Assembly: GCA_903820745.1 (NCBI GenBank)
Contig: CAIJIT010000315.1
Location: forward strand, 976 to 64,975
From: an uncultured Burkholderiales bacterium
Lineage (GTDB): Bacteria; Pseudomonadota; Gammaproteobacteria; Burkholderiales; Burkholderiaceae_C
Direction: 5' to 3'
Length of the DNA stretch: 64,000 nt
The translations under genes and the position numbers were made by a program. The notes below the pieces were generated by a model. The model saw only the letters and a list, made by a program, of their open reading frames with translations. It was not told where the DNA came from and ran no database searches. Positions within the stretch are counted from its first letter, which is position 1. Every line of letters starts with the position of its first letter. This document shows positions 50,233-58,914 of this stretch, in pieces.

Positions 50233-51387
50233 TCAAGCTCGGGATTTTTGCAACAGCATGGCCTCGAAGCCGTCGAAGGCCTTTTGCATGACGGCGGCTT
50301 TGTAGGGAAAGACTTCGGCCGGATCGATCGCATGGATCCAGCCGCCGCCATCTGCCTCGAAAAGTAGCAGCTCGCCGGCCCCGGTTTCCCAACAATCGAT
50401 GATGATGTAGTCGAGACCGGTCAGGTCGGCAATCGCCAGCAAGGCCTTGGCATGGCGGCGGGCAAATTGATCCTCGAAGTCCTCCATGAACGACTGTTCT
50501 TCAGCGCGCTTTGCCTGGCTGTGCTCCATTCCTGAGGGGATGTAATGGACGATCCAATCAGGCGAAATCGCCAGATGGCAGGCATAGGGGATCCGGTCGA
50601 TGATGGCAACTCTTGCCTTGCGAAAAAAACCATCCTTGCTTTGATAGTCGATGTAGTCGGCAATATAAAACTCGCCAATTTCGCCATGCCGGCTCAGATA
50701 AGCATGGAAGTCCTCCAGGCAATTGAGCTTTTCCAGGCCTTTGCCGCCATGCGTATCGATCGGCCTGATGGTCAGCGGAAAATTGAATTCGCCGCTGTCC
50801 TGCTTGTTCCAGCGTCGGCAAGCCGGCGCCAGCAGGCCGGGGACAACTTCAAGCAACTTCGGCAAACGATCGCGCCGGCAATTCAGCAACTTTTCGGGCG
50901 CGTTGATCCAGGGTCTTGGCCAGCTTTCACGCAATTTCATCAAGCTTGCGAAGGTCGGTGAGTTCTTTTCTGATTCACCCATCCCGACAAATACCAGATC
51001 GTGATCCGGTATTTGTGAGGGCAACTCCTGTCCGGGAGATACGAACAACAGGTCGAGTCTGACCGGGTGGCCCTCAAGCAGATAGTCCAGTGGCGCGTTG
51101 TCGGTCATGTCGCCAGGGCTCATCAAGGCCAGCAACCTGACCGATGGTTTGACCGGATCGGTGATCCTGAAGATGGCCCGATGCTGCAATGCTTGCGCCT
51201 GCATTTCCAGAGCGAACTCATCCTGCCCCAGCGACGACAGAATAAAATACAGCCGCATGTACATATTGGCTGGATCGGCATCCAATGCCGCTTCGTGCAT
51301 CATTGCCGCTATGTCAGTGACGTTCTTGCGCCGTTGAACGGCACAATGTGCGTCGATTCTTTTCAATTCAATCTCAAGAAATTCCAT
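50233..51387 (-). CDS. Uncharacterised ATP-grasp-fold protein
   Basis: IRPIDTHGGKGL, YIDYQSKDGFFRKARV, HLAISPDWIVHY, IDCWE...LLFEAD. Start uncertain. Confidence 0.7.
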   Translation of the reverse strand: MEFLEIELKRIDAHCAVQRRKNVTDIAAMMHEAALDADPANMYMRLYFILSSLGQDEFALEMQAQALQHRAIFRITDPVKPSVRLLALMSPGDMTDNAPLDYLLEGHPVRLDLLFVSPGQELPSQIPDHDLVFVGMGESEKNSPTFASLMKLRESWPRPWINAPEKLLNCRRDRLPKLLEVVPGLLAPACRRWNKQDSGEFNFPLTIRPIDTHGGKGLEKLNCLEDFHAYLSRHGEIGEFYIADYIDYQSKDGFFRKARVAIIDRIPYACHLAISPDWIVHYIPSGMEHSQAKRAEEQSFMEDFEDQFARRHAKALLAIADLTGLDYIIIDCWETGAGELLLFEADGGGWIHAIDPAEVFPYKAAVMQKAFDGFEAMLLQKSRA

Positions 51388-51429
51388 CTTGTTTTTTCTC
51401 ATCTCTTATTTTCAAGGCCTTCCTTTGCC

Positions 51430-52344
51430 ATGAAATGCATCCAATGCGGTGTCGAACTACCGCTCGCCACCGTCCAATGCGAGTCTTGCGGTGCAAGGCA
51501 GGATGAAGCCGGGCCGGTGCTCGAACCTGCAGCATCGGCCACTCCGAACAACTCCTCGCCATGGTTCGGCCTGGTCGCAGCGTTGGTCCTGATTTGCCTA
51601 GCCGGCTGGGGATATCGGCATTTGACTCAGGAACCCACTGGACCTGTCGAGATGCATGGCAGCCCGACACAGACGACAGCCAGTTCAAGTTCGACTCAAG
51701 CCCAAGCCATTGCTGAACCCGAACATGCCAGCGCCATGCCGGCAGCCAATAAACCCTCGATGCAGGATGTTGTCCCCAATAGCCCGCTCGATCTTGCCAT
51801 GAAATGCCGGACTCCCAAGGACTGCGCGATCCTGATGCTCCAGGCTGCAGATCCGCTGCAGGCTGAAGTGATTCACGCAGGAGCGGCCAGGATCGCTGAA
51901 TTCAAGAAGCCGCTGCCGGGCGATAACGCTGTTGCGCGAAAGCTGAACGAACTCGCTAAGGAGAAGTTGGAAGGTGGCCATGTTGCAGAAGCGATCGGCC
52001 TGCTGAACAAAGCCGCAAGCAATGACCCTCTCGATCTCGAAATCACCGCCAATCTCGGCCGGGCCATGCTGCTGGCCAACAAGTTCAACGAAGCCGGCAT
52101 GCTGCTGGTCAACGCCCTGATCATCGATTCACGCCGCCCGAAGTCGTGGATTTCAATCGCCGAATTCTTCTGCGCCAAAGGCGACCAGAACTCGGCCATA
52201 CGGTCCCTGCTGCTGGTGCATGAATTTTCGGCAGACAAGGCCGTCGCGCTGAAATTCTTCGAAGCTCAAGCGCTGAAGGCCGACATGCAGGTGATGCGGC
52301 CGATCTACAAGGTCGTGGCACTGCGGGTCAAAGGCGCGACATAG
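51430..52344 (+). CDS. Zn-ribbon + TM + periplasmic TPR protein
   Basis: CIQC-x10-CESC, hydrophobic WFGLVAALVLICLAGWGY, TPR-like helices. Confidence 0.75.
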   Translation: MKCIQCGVELPLATVQCESCGARQDEAGPVLEPAASATPNNSSPWFGLVAALVLICLAGWGYRHLTQEPTGPVEMHGSPTQTTASSSSTQAQAIAEPEHASAMPAANKPSMQDVVPNSPLDLAMKCRTPKDCAILMLQAADPLQAEVIHAGAARIAEFKKPLPGDNAVARKLNELAKEKLEGGHVAEAIGLLNKAASNDPLDLEITANLGRAMLLANKFNEAGMLLVNALIIDSRRPKSWISIAEFFCAKGDQNSAIRSLLLVHEFSADKAVALKFFEAQALKADMQVMRPIYKVVALRVKGAT

Positions 52345-52626
52345 GATTTTGCGCGGCAACTTTACAGGGTGCTGGTTTTGCCAAACGTCTTCCCGGGTTG
52401 TGCATGGAGGCTCACTGCCAGGGTGCACCGCCAATTCCTCCAAGTTGCCCTGCACAGCTTCCGAAGGCTCCGGTGTTGATGCGGGGAATCCCCAGTTTTT
52501 CAACAATTTTCATTCGTTAAACTGCTGTATATCAATTTTGCCATTTCAAGGCAACTTTCCTCAATGCTGTCGATTTGGTTTAGGCTGCCCAGCGATAGTC
52601 ACTTTGAAATATTTTCTGGGTAACTC

Positions 52627-54513
52627 ATGACCTCACAACACACCAGCAAGACCTCATCCAAGGCTACCGCTGCGCTCATGCTCGGCGCCCTTGGCGTCGT
52701 CTTCGGCGACATCGGGACCTCGCCGCTTTATGCCTTGAAAGTTTCCGTCGAAGCTTCCGGGGCCAAGGAGGGTGGCGATATTGTCCAGGCGGTTTACGGC
52801 ATCCTGTCCTTGATCACCTGGGCCCTGACCCTGGTGGTGACGCTGAAGTATGTGTTTGTCATCATGCGGGCCGATAACCGGGGTGAAGGCGGTATTTTCG
52901 CGCTCACCGCCCTGGTCCTGCAGGACCTCAAGAAGGACTCGAAATATCGCTGGCCGATCACGATCCTTGGGGCCTTGGGTGCGGCGCTGTTCTTCGGCGA
53001 CAGCATGATCACCCCGGCGATTTCGGTGCTGAGTGCAGTCGAAGGCTTGAAAGTCCTGTCGCCCGACCTTGAGAAATATGTGATCTATATCGCCCTGTTC
53101 CTGATCATCTGCCTGTTCGCGGTGGAGCGCTTCGGCACTGCGGTGATCGGCAAGGTTTTCGGCCCGGTGATGCTGGTCTGGTTTTCGGCCCTGGGCTTGA
53201 TTGGTCTGGCTGAGGTGGTCCAATCCCCGGCCATATTTGCGGCACTCAATCCGCTGACTGGAATTTCATTCCTGATGGCTCATTCCGGCGTTGCCATAGC
53301 CATCTTTGGCTCGGTCGTACTGGCAGTGACCGGAGGCGAGGCCTTGTACGCCGACATGGGCCATTTTGGCCGCGCGCCGATCCAGAAGGCCTGGCTGATG
53401 CTGGCTTTCCCCTGTCTGCTGCTGAACTATTTCGGCCAGGGTTCACTCCTGATCCGCGACCCTTCGGCCCTGGACAATCCGTTTTACCGCCTGGCACCCA
53501 GTTGGGCGCTGATCCCCCTGCTGATTCTGGCTGCCATGGCCACCATCATTGCGTCACAGGCCGTGATCTCGGGGGCATTTTCGATCACCACCCAGGCGGT
53601 GCAACTTGGGTTCATTCCGCGCCTGCTGGTCAAACATACCTCGGCCGAAGAAATCGGTCAGGTCTATGTTTCCAAGGTGAATTTCTTCCTGCTGTTCGGT
53701 GTCGTGATTCTGGTGCTGGGGTTCAGGACTTCGGACAATCTTGCCTCAGCCTACGGCGTTTCAGTCACCGGCGCGATGGCGATCGACACCCTCATGGCGG
53801 CCTATGTGATGGTCTTCACCAAAGGGTGGAACAAACTTTTATTCCTGCCGCTTTTTGCCATTCTCTTCCTGCTCGATTCGGTCTTTCTCGGCGCCAATTT
53901 GTTCAAGTTCTTTGATGGCGGCTGGCTGCCGGTCAGCGTCGCCGCTGTGCTTTTGCTGGTAATGATCTGCTGGATCAGCGGTCGCAACCGCCTTCTCAAG
54001 GCCCGCTGGGCAAGCTCGATTCCGCTGGATCAGTTCCTTGAATCACTGAACAAAAGCCAGCCGCACCGTGTCGCCGGCACCGCTATTTTCATGGTGCCGC
54101 ACAGCCATATTGCGCCGGTCTCGTTGCTGCACAATTTAAAGCACAACAAGGTCCTGCATGAACGAGTGATCCTGATGAATGTCGAGACCGTCAACTCGCC
54201 CCATGTGGCCGACGACGATCGACTGACCATCGAACACCTTTCGCATAACTTCCATTCAGTCACCGTGCGCCATGGGTATATGGAAGAGCCCCATATCATG
54301 CGCACCGTCGCGCTCTTGCGGGCCCGCGAATTCCACTTCAATTTGATGGAAATATCGTTCTTTGTGGGCAAGGAACGGGTGGTATCAAGAGGCCCGTCAG
54401 CCCTGGCAATGGCTCCGTTCATCTACCTGCACCGGACCATGCAAAGTGCCACCGAGTATTTCAAGATTCCGTTTGATCACGCCATCGAAATTGGTGGCCA
54501 TGTGGTGATTTAG
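52627..54513 (+). CDS. kup: KUP/HAK/KT potassium transporter
   Basis: GVVFGDIGTSPLY, DNRGEGG, GGEALYADMGHFG, LHNLKHNKVLHE. Confidence 0.96.
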   Translation: MTSQHTSKTSSKATAALMLGALGVVFGDIGTSPLYALKVSVEASGAKEGGDIVQAVYGILSLITWALTLVVTLKYVFVIMRADNRGEGGIFALTALVLQDLKKDSKYRWPITILGALGAALFFGDSMITPAISVLSAVEGLKVLSPDLEKYVIYIALFLIICLFAVERFGTAVIGKVFGPVMLVWFSALGLIGLAEVVQSPAIFAALNPLTGISFLMAHSGVAIAIFGSVVLAVTGGEALYADMGHFGRAPIQKAWLMLAFPCLLLNYFGQGSLLIRDPSALDNPFYRLAPSWALIPLLILAAMATIIASQAVISGAFSITTQAVQLGFIPRLLVKHTSAEEIGQVYVSKVNFFLLFGVVILVLGFRTSDNLASAYGVSVTGAMAIDTLMAAYVMVFTKGWNKLLFLPLFAILFLLDSVFLGANLFKFFDGGWLPVSVAAVLLLVMICWISGRNRLLKARWASSIPLDQFLESLNKSQPHRVAGTAIFMVPHSHIAPVSLLHNLKHNKVLHERVILMNVETVNSPHVADDDRLTIEHLSHNFHSVTVRHGYMEEPHIMRTVALLRAREFHFNLMEISFFVGKERVVSRGPSALAMAPFIYLHRTMQSATEYFKIPFDHAIEIGGHVVI

Positions 54514-54563
54514 CGAACTGCTGATTTTTCCAAACCCAGGATTGAGGCGAAATTCTGGCCCAT

Positions 54564-54605
54564 AAAAAGCCAAGCCCAGCAAATCAAGCTGGGCTTGGCT
54601 TTTTT
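54564..54605. terminator. Bidirectional intrinsic terminator
   Basis: AAAAAGCCAAGCCCAGC-AAATCAA-GCTGGGCTTGGCTTTTT between convergent genes. Confidence 0.9.
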
Positions 54606-54652
54606 ACGGCTGCGGAATTAATCCGTAAGCCGATTGATGCAACGGCAAACGA

Positions 54653-55087
54653 TTATTTCGCTTTGACCTTGCGCGGGGCCTTCTCGACCCAGCGTTCATT
54701 CATTTCGTCCCATTCATGCGTCTTCATGAACTGGGCTGTCTCGGCGCGCACCTCGGCACGCGTCAATGTCGACTTCGGCACGCCCTGAAGGGGCACCCAA
54801 GTATCGGTGACGCCATCATATTTATGCATCTTTAGGAAATCTTCCTTTTCGGCGCGTACCTGCGCTCGGGTTTTCATGCCTGCTGGAGGGTCGATATTCG
54901 GGCGCAGGACCCATTCCTCGGTACCTGCGTCATACCTATGCAATTTAAGGAACTCGTCGCGCTCCATCTTGACTTGTTGACGGGTCATTGGCGCCGCCTG
55001 CTTATCAGTCATAGGTTGGGCTTGCAGGGGTAGTCCACTAAACCCGAGGACGACGGCCAGAATTAGCGGGAATTTCAATAATTTCAT
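54653..55087 (-). CDS. Secreted protein with three internal repeats (DUF4148-like TRAEVRAE motif)
   Basis: Signal peptide ending LQA. Three copies of TR.[QE]V..E...F[LM]K.H.[YW]D...[ED].WV. Confidence 0.75.
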   Translation of the reverse strand: MKLLKFPLILAVVLGFSGLPLQAQPMTDKQAAPMTRQQVKMERDEFLKLHRYDAGTEEWVLRPNIDPPAGMKTRAQVRAEKEDFLKMHKYDGVTDTWVPLQGVPKSTLTRAEVRAETAQFMKTHEWDEMNERWVEKAPRKVKAK

Positions 55088-55281
55088 AAGATACCTTTCC
55101 TGATTTTTTAATAACCAATACAACATGAATACTTGATCGGGCTTTATAGGTTGGGCCCACCGAGCCGACCACCTTTCCCAAAATGGCTTGACGTGTTCAA
55201 TCGTGCCACAAGTCCAATTCAACGCCTTGACGAATCTCAAGCGATCGCGTATTTGAATGACAAGGAACGAAGCCGCTCACC

Positions 55282-55888
55282 ATGAGAGCAGCACGTGTAT
55301 TGCAGCGCGGACAGTTGGCAACATGGTTCACACATGTGCGGCTGATTCCGAACATCCACCATCGCCGCCGCTTTGCAACCCATGCTGCTGACTGGCGCCC
55401 GCCCTGGCGAAGTAATCGCCTTGCGCTGGGAGGATGTAAACACGCAATGGCATGGGCTGACCATCCGCGACAAGGTCGAAGGCGAACGCAACATTCCGCT
55501 GACCCCCTATGTTGCTAATTTGTTGGCTGTCCTACCCCGCAGCAATCAGTGGCTCTTCTCAAGCGCGACCAGCAAGATCGGGCACATCACCGAACCCAAT
55601 ACCGTGCATTCAACGGCCTGCACAGTCGCCGGACTGGAAGGCTTGACCCTTCACGGCTTGCGCCGCTACTTCAAAAGCTTGACAGAATGGCTGGAGATGC
55701 CGGCCGGCGTGGTGGCACAAATCATGGGCCACAAGCCGAGCGCGACCGCTGAGAAACATTACACCGTGCGCCCGCTCGAACTGCTTGCCTTGCACCACAA
55801 CAAGACTGAAGCTTGGGTGCTGGAACAGGCCGGGATTGCCTTCGACCCTGCCACCGCTGGTGTTGGCAGCCTGCGCGTAGTGGCTTGA
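55282..55888 (+). pseudogene. Tyrosine integrase remnant (catalytic domain only, 5'-truncated and frameshifted near 55355)
   Basis: LLTGARPGE, LHGLRR, IMGH, KHY catalytic tetrad. The upstream VLQRGQLATWF segment is in another frame. Confidence 0.85.
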
Positions 55889-55909
55889 ACATAGCAAAAA
55901 GGCTATACT

Positions 55910-56228
55910 TTGAATAATTGGACAGTGACTCTGCATCCGCTGGCAGAACCGGAACTAAAAGCACTCCCCGAGGATATGCGCGCCCGCTTTAGGCACATCT
56001 CCGAGTTGCTTGAAGGCTTTGGGCCGCAGCATGTTGGCCTGCCTCACATACGCCCTTTGGAAGGCAAGCTCTGGGAGATGCGCATGCAAGGCCGGGACGG
56101 CATCCGCCGTGTATGCCGCCGTTCAAGGCCGCAGCCCGCTGGTGCTGCATGTGTTTATCAAGAAGACCCAAACCACGCCCCGTAGCGCTTTGGAAACCGC
56201 CCGCAAACGACTGGACACCGCACCATGA
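55910..56228 (+). pseudogene. HigB/RelE (Gp49-like) toxin, frameshifted near 56105
   Basis: LPHIRPLEGKLWEMRMQGRDGI in one frame, AVYAAVQGRSPLVLHVFIKKTQTTP in another. Confidence 0.8.
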
Positions 56229-56512
56229 AGACTCTGAAGGACATCAAACGCGACCTGCTGGCCGACCCCGCAACGCTGGCTGAGTATCAAAACCAAGCCG
56301 CAGAGTTCGACATGGCCCGCGAACTGATTGCAGCCCGTGCCCGTGCCGGGTTGACGCAAAGCGAGGTCGCACAGCGCATGGGAACGACCCAGAGCGTGAT
56401 TTCCCGACTGGAGGGTGGCCAGCGTGCGCCATCGCTGCGCACTGTCCAGCGCTACGCCTTGGCCGTCGGGGGGCGTGCTGTGGTGCGTATCGAGCCGATG
56501 CCGGTCGCTTGA
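56225..56512 (+). CDS. HigA-like HTH antitoxin (intact)
   Basis: ARARAGLTQSEVAQRMGTTQSVISRLEGG...PSLRTVQRYA, ATGA overlap with the toxin. Confidence 0.87.
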   Translation: MKTLKDIKRDLLADPATLAEYQNQAAEFDMARELIAARARAGLTQSEVAQRMGTTQSVISRLEGGQRAPSLRTVQRYALAVGGRAVVRIEPMPVA

Positions 56513-56806
56513 CTGGCGGAACTGTTTCGCCCCAGCCAGGCGAGCCTCGAAAACTCGCTGAACGACATGGCCCTCGACATGTCCCGCTGGGGCTTCAGAT
56601 TCCGAGGCGCATCGAGGGATGCTTTATGACCAAACCGGAAAAAAGTGGCCCAAGAACAGAGACAAGCACCATCGAACCGCCGGCCTGATGGTCCCCGAAG
56701 TCGTGGTACTGACGGGCAATAGGTCAAAAACTGGCATCAGCCGATTTCCCAAGAAAAAAAGCACTTCACGTTTTCGGCGCCAAGAGCTTGATTTAATTAC
56801 GATATT

Positions 56807-56883
56807 TGGTAGGCCGTCGCGGACTTGAACCGCGGACCAAAGGATTATGAGTCCTCTGCTCTAACCAACTGAGCTAACGGCCC
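56807..56883 (-). tRNA. ileX: tRNA-Ile2 (CAU anticodon, lysidine type)
   Basis: GGGCCGTTAGCTCAGTTGGTTAGAGCAGAGGACTCATAATCCTTTGGTCCGCGGTTCAAGTCCGCGACGGCCTACCA. The body resembles Ile2 rather than Met tRNAs. Upstream TACAAT plus GC-rich discriminator. Confidence 0.92.
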
Positions 56884-56940
56884 TTTGAACTGTTTCCGGC
56901 ATTGCGCCGGAGAGGGCGGATTGTATAGGTGCGGCGGTGG

Positions 56941-57960
56941 CTATTTCTGCGACAGCGCCTGGCTGATCATGCGCGAGGTGATGTCGACGATCTGGATCAT
57001 GCGGTTATAGGGCATCCGCGTCGGGCCGATGACGCCAAGCGTGCCGACGACCTGGCCGTCGACTTCGTAGGGCGCCGAAACGATGGAGAGCTCTTCGAAG
57101 GGCACGACCAGGCTTTCGCCACCGATGTAGATGCGCACGCCCTCGGCGCGGCTTGAAACGTCGAGCAGGCGCATCAACTGGGTCTTCTGCTCGAACATGT
57201 CGAACAAGCGCCTCAAGCTGCCCATGTCGTTGCCGAAGTCCTGGACGGTCAGCAAGTTGCGCTCGCCGGAGATCACGACCCGCTCTTCGTCGTCGGTCAT
57301 CGCATCAGCACCGGCCTGCACGGCCGCGTTCATCAGGCAGGCGATCTCGCTGCGCAGCGCATCGACTTCGCTCTTCAGTCGCTCGCGCACCGCCTCCAGG
57401 CTCAGCCCGGCGTAGTTGGCGTTGAGCCGGTTGCTGGCTTCGGCCAGTTCGGACTGGCTCAGATCCTGGGCGGTGAAAATGACCCGATTCTGCACATCGC
57501 CATCGGGCGAGACCATGATCACCAGCACGCGCCGGTCTCCCAGGCGCAGGAACTCGATATGGTGAAAGACACTGGGCTTGCGCGGCGCAGTCACCACACC
57601 GACGAAATTGGACAGGCTTGAGAGCAGATGAGCCGCGCTGGCTATGACCCGCTGCGGCTGGTCAGGCTGCAAGCGCGATTCGATCGAGCGCGAGTCGGCG
57701 CTGATCAGGGCCGGCTGTGCGGTCAGCATGGTGTCGACGAACAAGCGGTAACCGCGCGCGGTCGGAATTCGCCCGGCACTGGTGTGCGGGCTGGCGATCA
57801 GGCCGAGGTCTTCTAGGTCGGCCATCACATTGCGGATCGTCGCCGGGCTCAGCTCGAGACCCGAGGCACGCGACAGCGTGCGCGACCCCACCGGCTGGCC
57901 ATCGGCGATATACCGTTCGACCAGGGTTTTCAGCAGGGATCGGGAACGCTCGTCAAGCAT
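56941..57960 (-). CDS. hrcA: Heat-inducible transcription repressor
   Basis: [38 protein letters not shown]. Confidence 0.96.
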   Translation of the reverse strand: MLDERSRSLLKTLVERYIADGQPVGSRTLSRASGLELSPATIRNVMADLEDLGLIASPHTSAGRIPTARGYRLFVDTMLTAQPALISADSRSIESRLQPDQPQRVIASAAHLLSSLSNFVGVVTAPRKPSVFHHIEFLRLGDRRVLVIMVSPDGDVQNRVIFTAQDLSQSELAEASNRLNANYAGLSLEAVRERLKSEVDALRSEIACLMNAAVQAGADAMTDDEERVVISGERNLLTVQDFGNDMGSLRRLFDMFEQKTQLMRLLDVSSRAEGVRIYIGGESLVVPFEELSIVSAPYEVDGQVVGTLGVIGPTRMPYNRMIQIVDITSRMISQALSQK

Positions 57961-58037
57961 GGTTGAATTGTAAGGACTGCGGCGAAAGGGCCTCGTTGTT
58001 CATGGGGCAGGCATAGCGCTGTGGTGTAATTCCGGCC

Positions 58038-58910
58038 ATGGTCAAGCGATTCCAGCATGTAGCGATTGTCGGCAAGCATCAGGCCAGAGGCATTCGCCCG
58101 ATTTTGCAAGAGATTGCAGACTTCCTGACCGGGCTGGGCATCAAAATTTCGCTCGAACGCGAAACCGCCTTGAATACCGGCATCACCGAATTCGAAGCCT
58201 TGTCGAACGAGGAGCTTGGCGCTCAATGCGATCTGGCCATCGTCGTCGGCGGTGATGGCACGATGCTCGGGTTTGCCCGGGAAATGGCGCGCTACGGCGT
58301 GCCGCTGGTCGGCATCAACCAGGGGCGGCTGGGTTTCATCACCGACATTTCCCTCGAAAAGTTTCGCGAAACGCTGGGGCCCATCCTCGCCGGCGACTTC
58401 GAAACCGAACATCGCGCCATGCTCGAAGGCGCGGTCTGGCGCGATGAGCTCAGCATCTTCGAAGGTCTGGCGCTGAACGATGTGGTGGTCAGCCGCGGCG
58501 CTACTGCCAGCATGGTCGAGTTGCGCATCGACATCGGCGATGAGTTCGTCGCCAATATGCGCGCCGACGGTGTGATCGTCGCTTCGCCGACCGGCTCAAC
58601 CGCCTACTCGCTGTCGGCTGGCGGGCCGATCCTGCACCCGAGCATCGCCGGCTGGCTGCTGGTGCCGATCGCTTCGCATACCTTGTCGAACCGGCCGATC
58701 GTTTTGCCCGATACCGGAGCAGTCAGCGTGAAGATCGTCGCCGGCCGCGACGCCAGCGTCAATTTCGACATGCAAAGTCTTGCCAGCCTGCAGCATGGCG
58801 ACCGCGTCACCGTGCGCCGCTCCGCCCACCAGGTCTGTTTCCTGCATCCCGAAGGCTGGAGCTATTACGCCACCTTGCGGCGCAAGCTGCGCTGGCACGA
58901 AGGCGAGTAA
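58038..58910 (+). CDS. nadK: NAD kinase
   Basis: [29 protein letters not shown]. Confidence 0.96.
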   Translation: MVKRFQHVAIVGKHQARGIRPILQEIADFLTGLGIKISLERETALNTGITEFEALSNEELGAQCDLAIVVGGDGTMLGFAREMARYGVPLVGINQGRLGFITDISLEKFRETLGPILAGDFETEHRAMLEGAVWRDELSIFEGLALNDVVVSRGATASMVELRIDIGDEFVANMRADGVIVASPTGSTAYSLSAGGPILHPSIAGWLLVPIASHTLSNRPIVLPDTGAVSVKIVAGRDASVNFDMQSLASLQHGDRVTVRRSAHQVCFLHPEGWSYYATLRRKLRWHEGE

Positions 58911-58914
58911 AAGC

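Larger units (their letters stand above)
45100..56806. mobile_element. Degenerate composite genomic island at the 3' end of tRNA-Ile2
   Basis: Integrase remnant, four TA modules, pseudogenes, visibly AT-richer sub-block. No att duplicate found and the left boundary is approximate. Confidence 0.6.

Noticed and set aside
52153-52506. Minus-strand ORF MLKNWGFP...PGSEPPCTTREDVWQNQ
   Set aside because: TTG start without an RBS, half overlapping the TPR gene, and no recognisable family.
56807-56883. tRNA-Met call from the CAT anticodon
   Set aside because: The acceptor and anticodon stems and overall body resemble Ile2 tRNAs. It lacks the initiator C1:A72 mismatch and the three G-C anticodon-stem pairs.
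56941-58037. CIRCE operator near hrcA or htpG
   Set aside because: No TTAGCACTC-N9-GAGTGCTAA seen. htpG has a sigma32 promoter instead.
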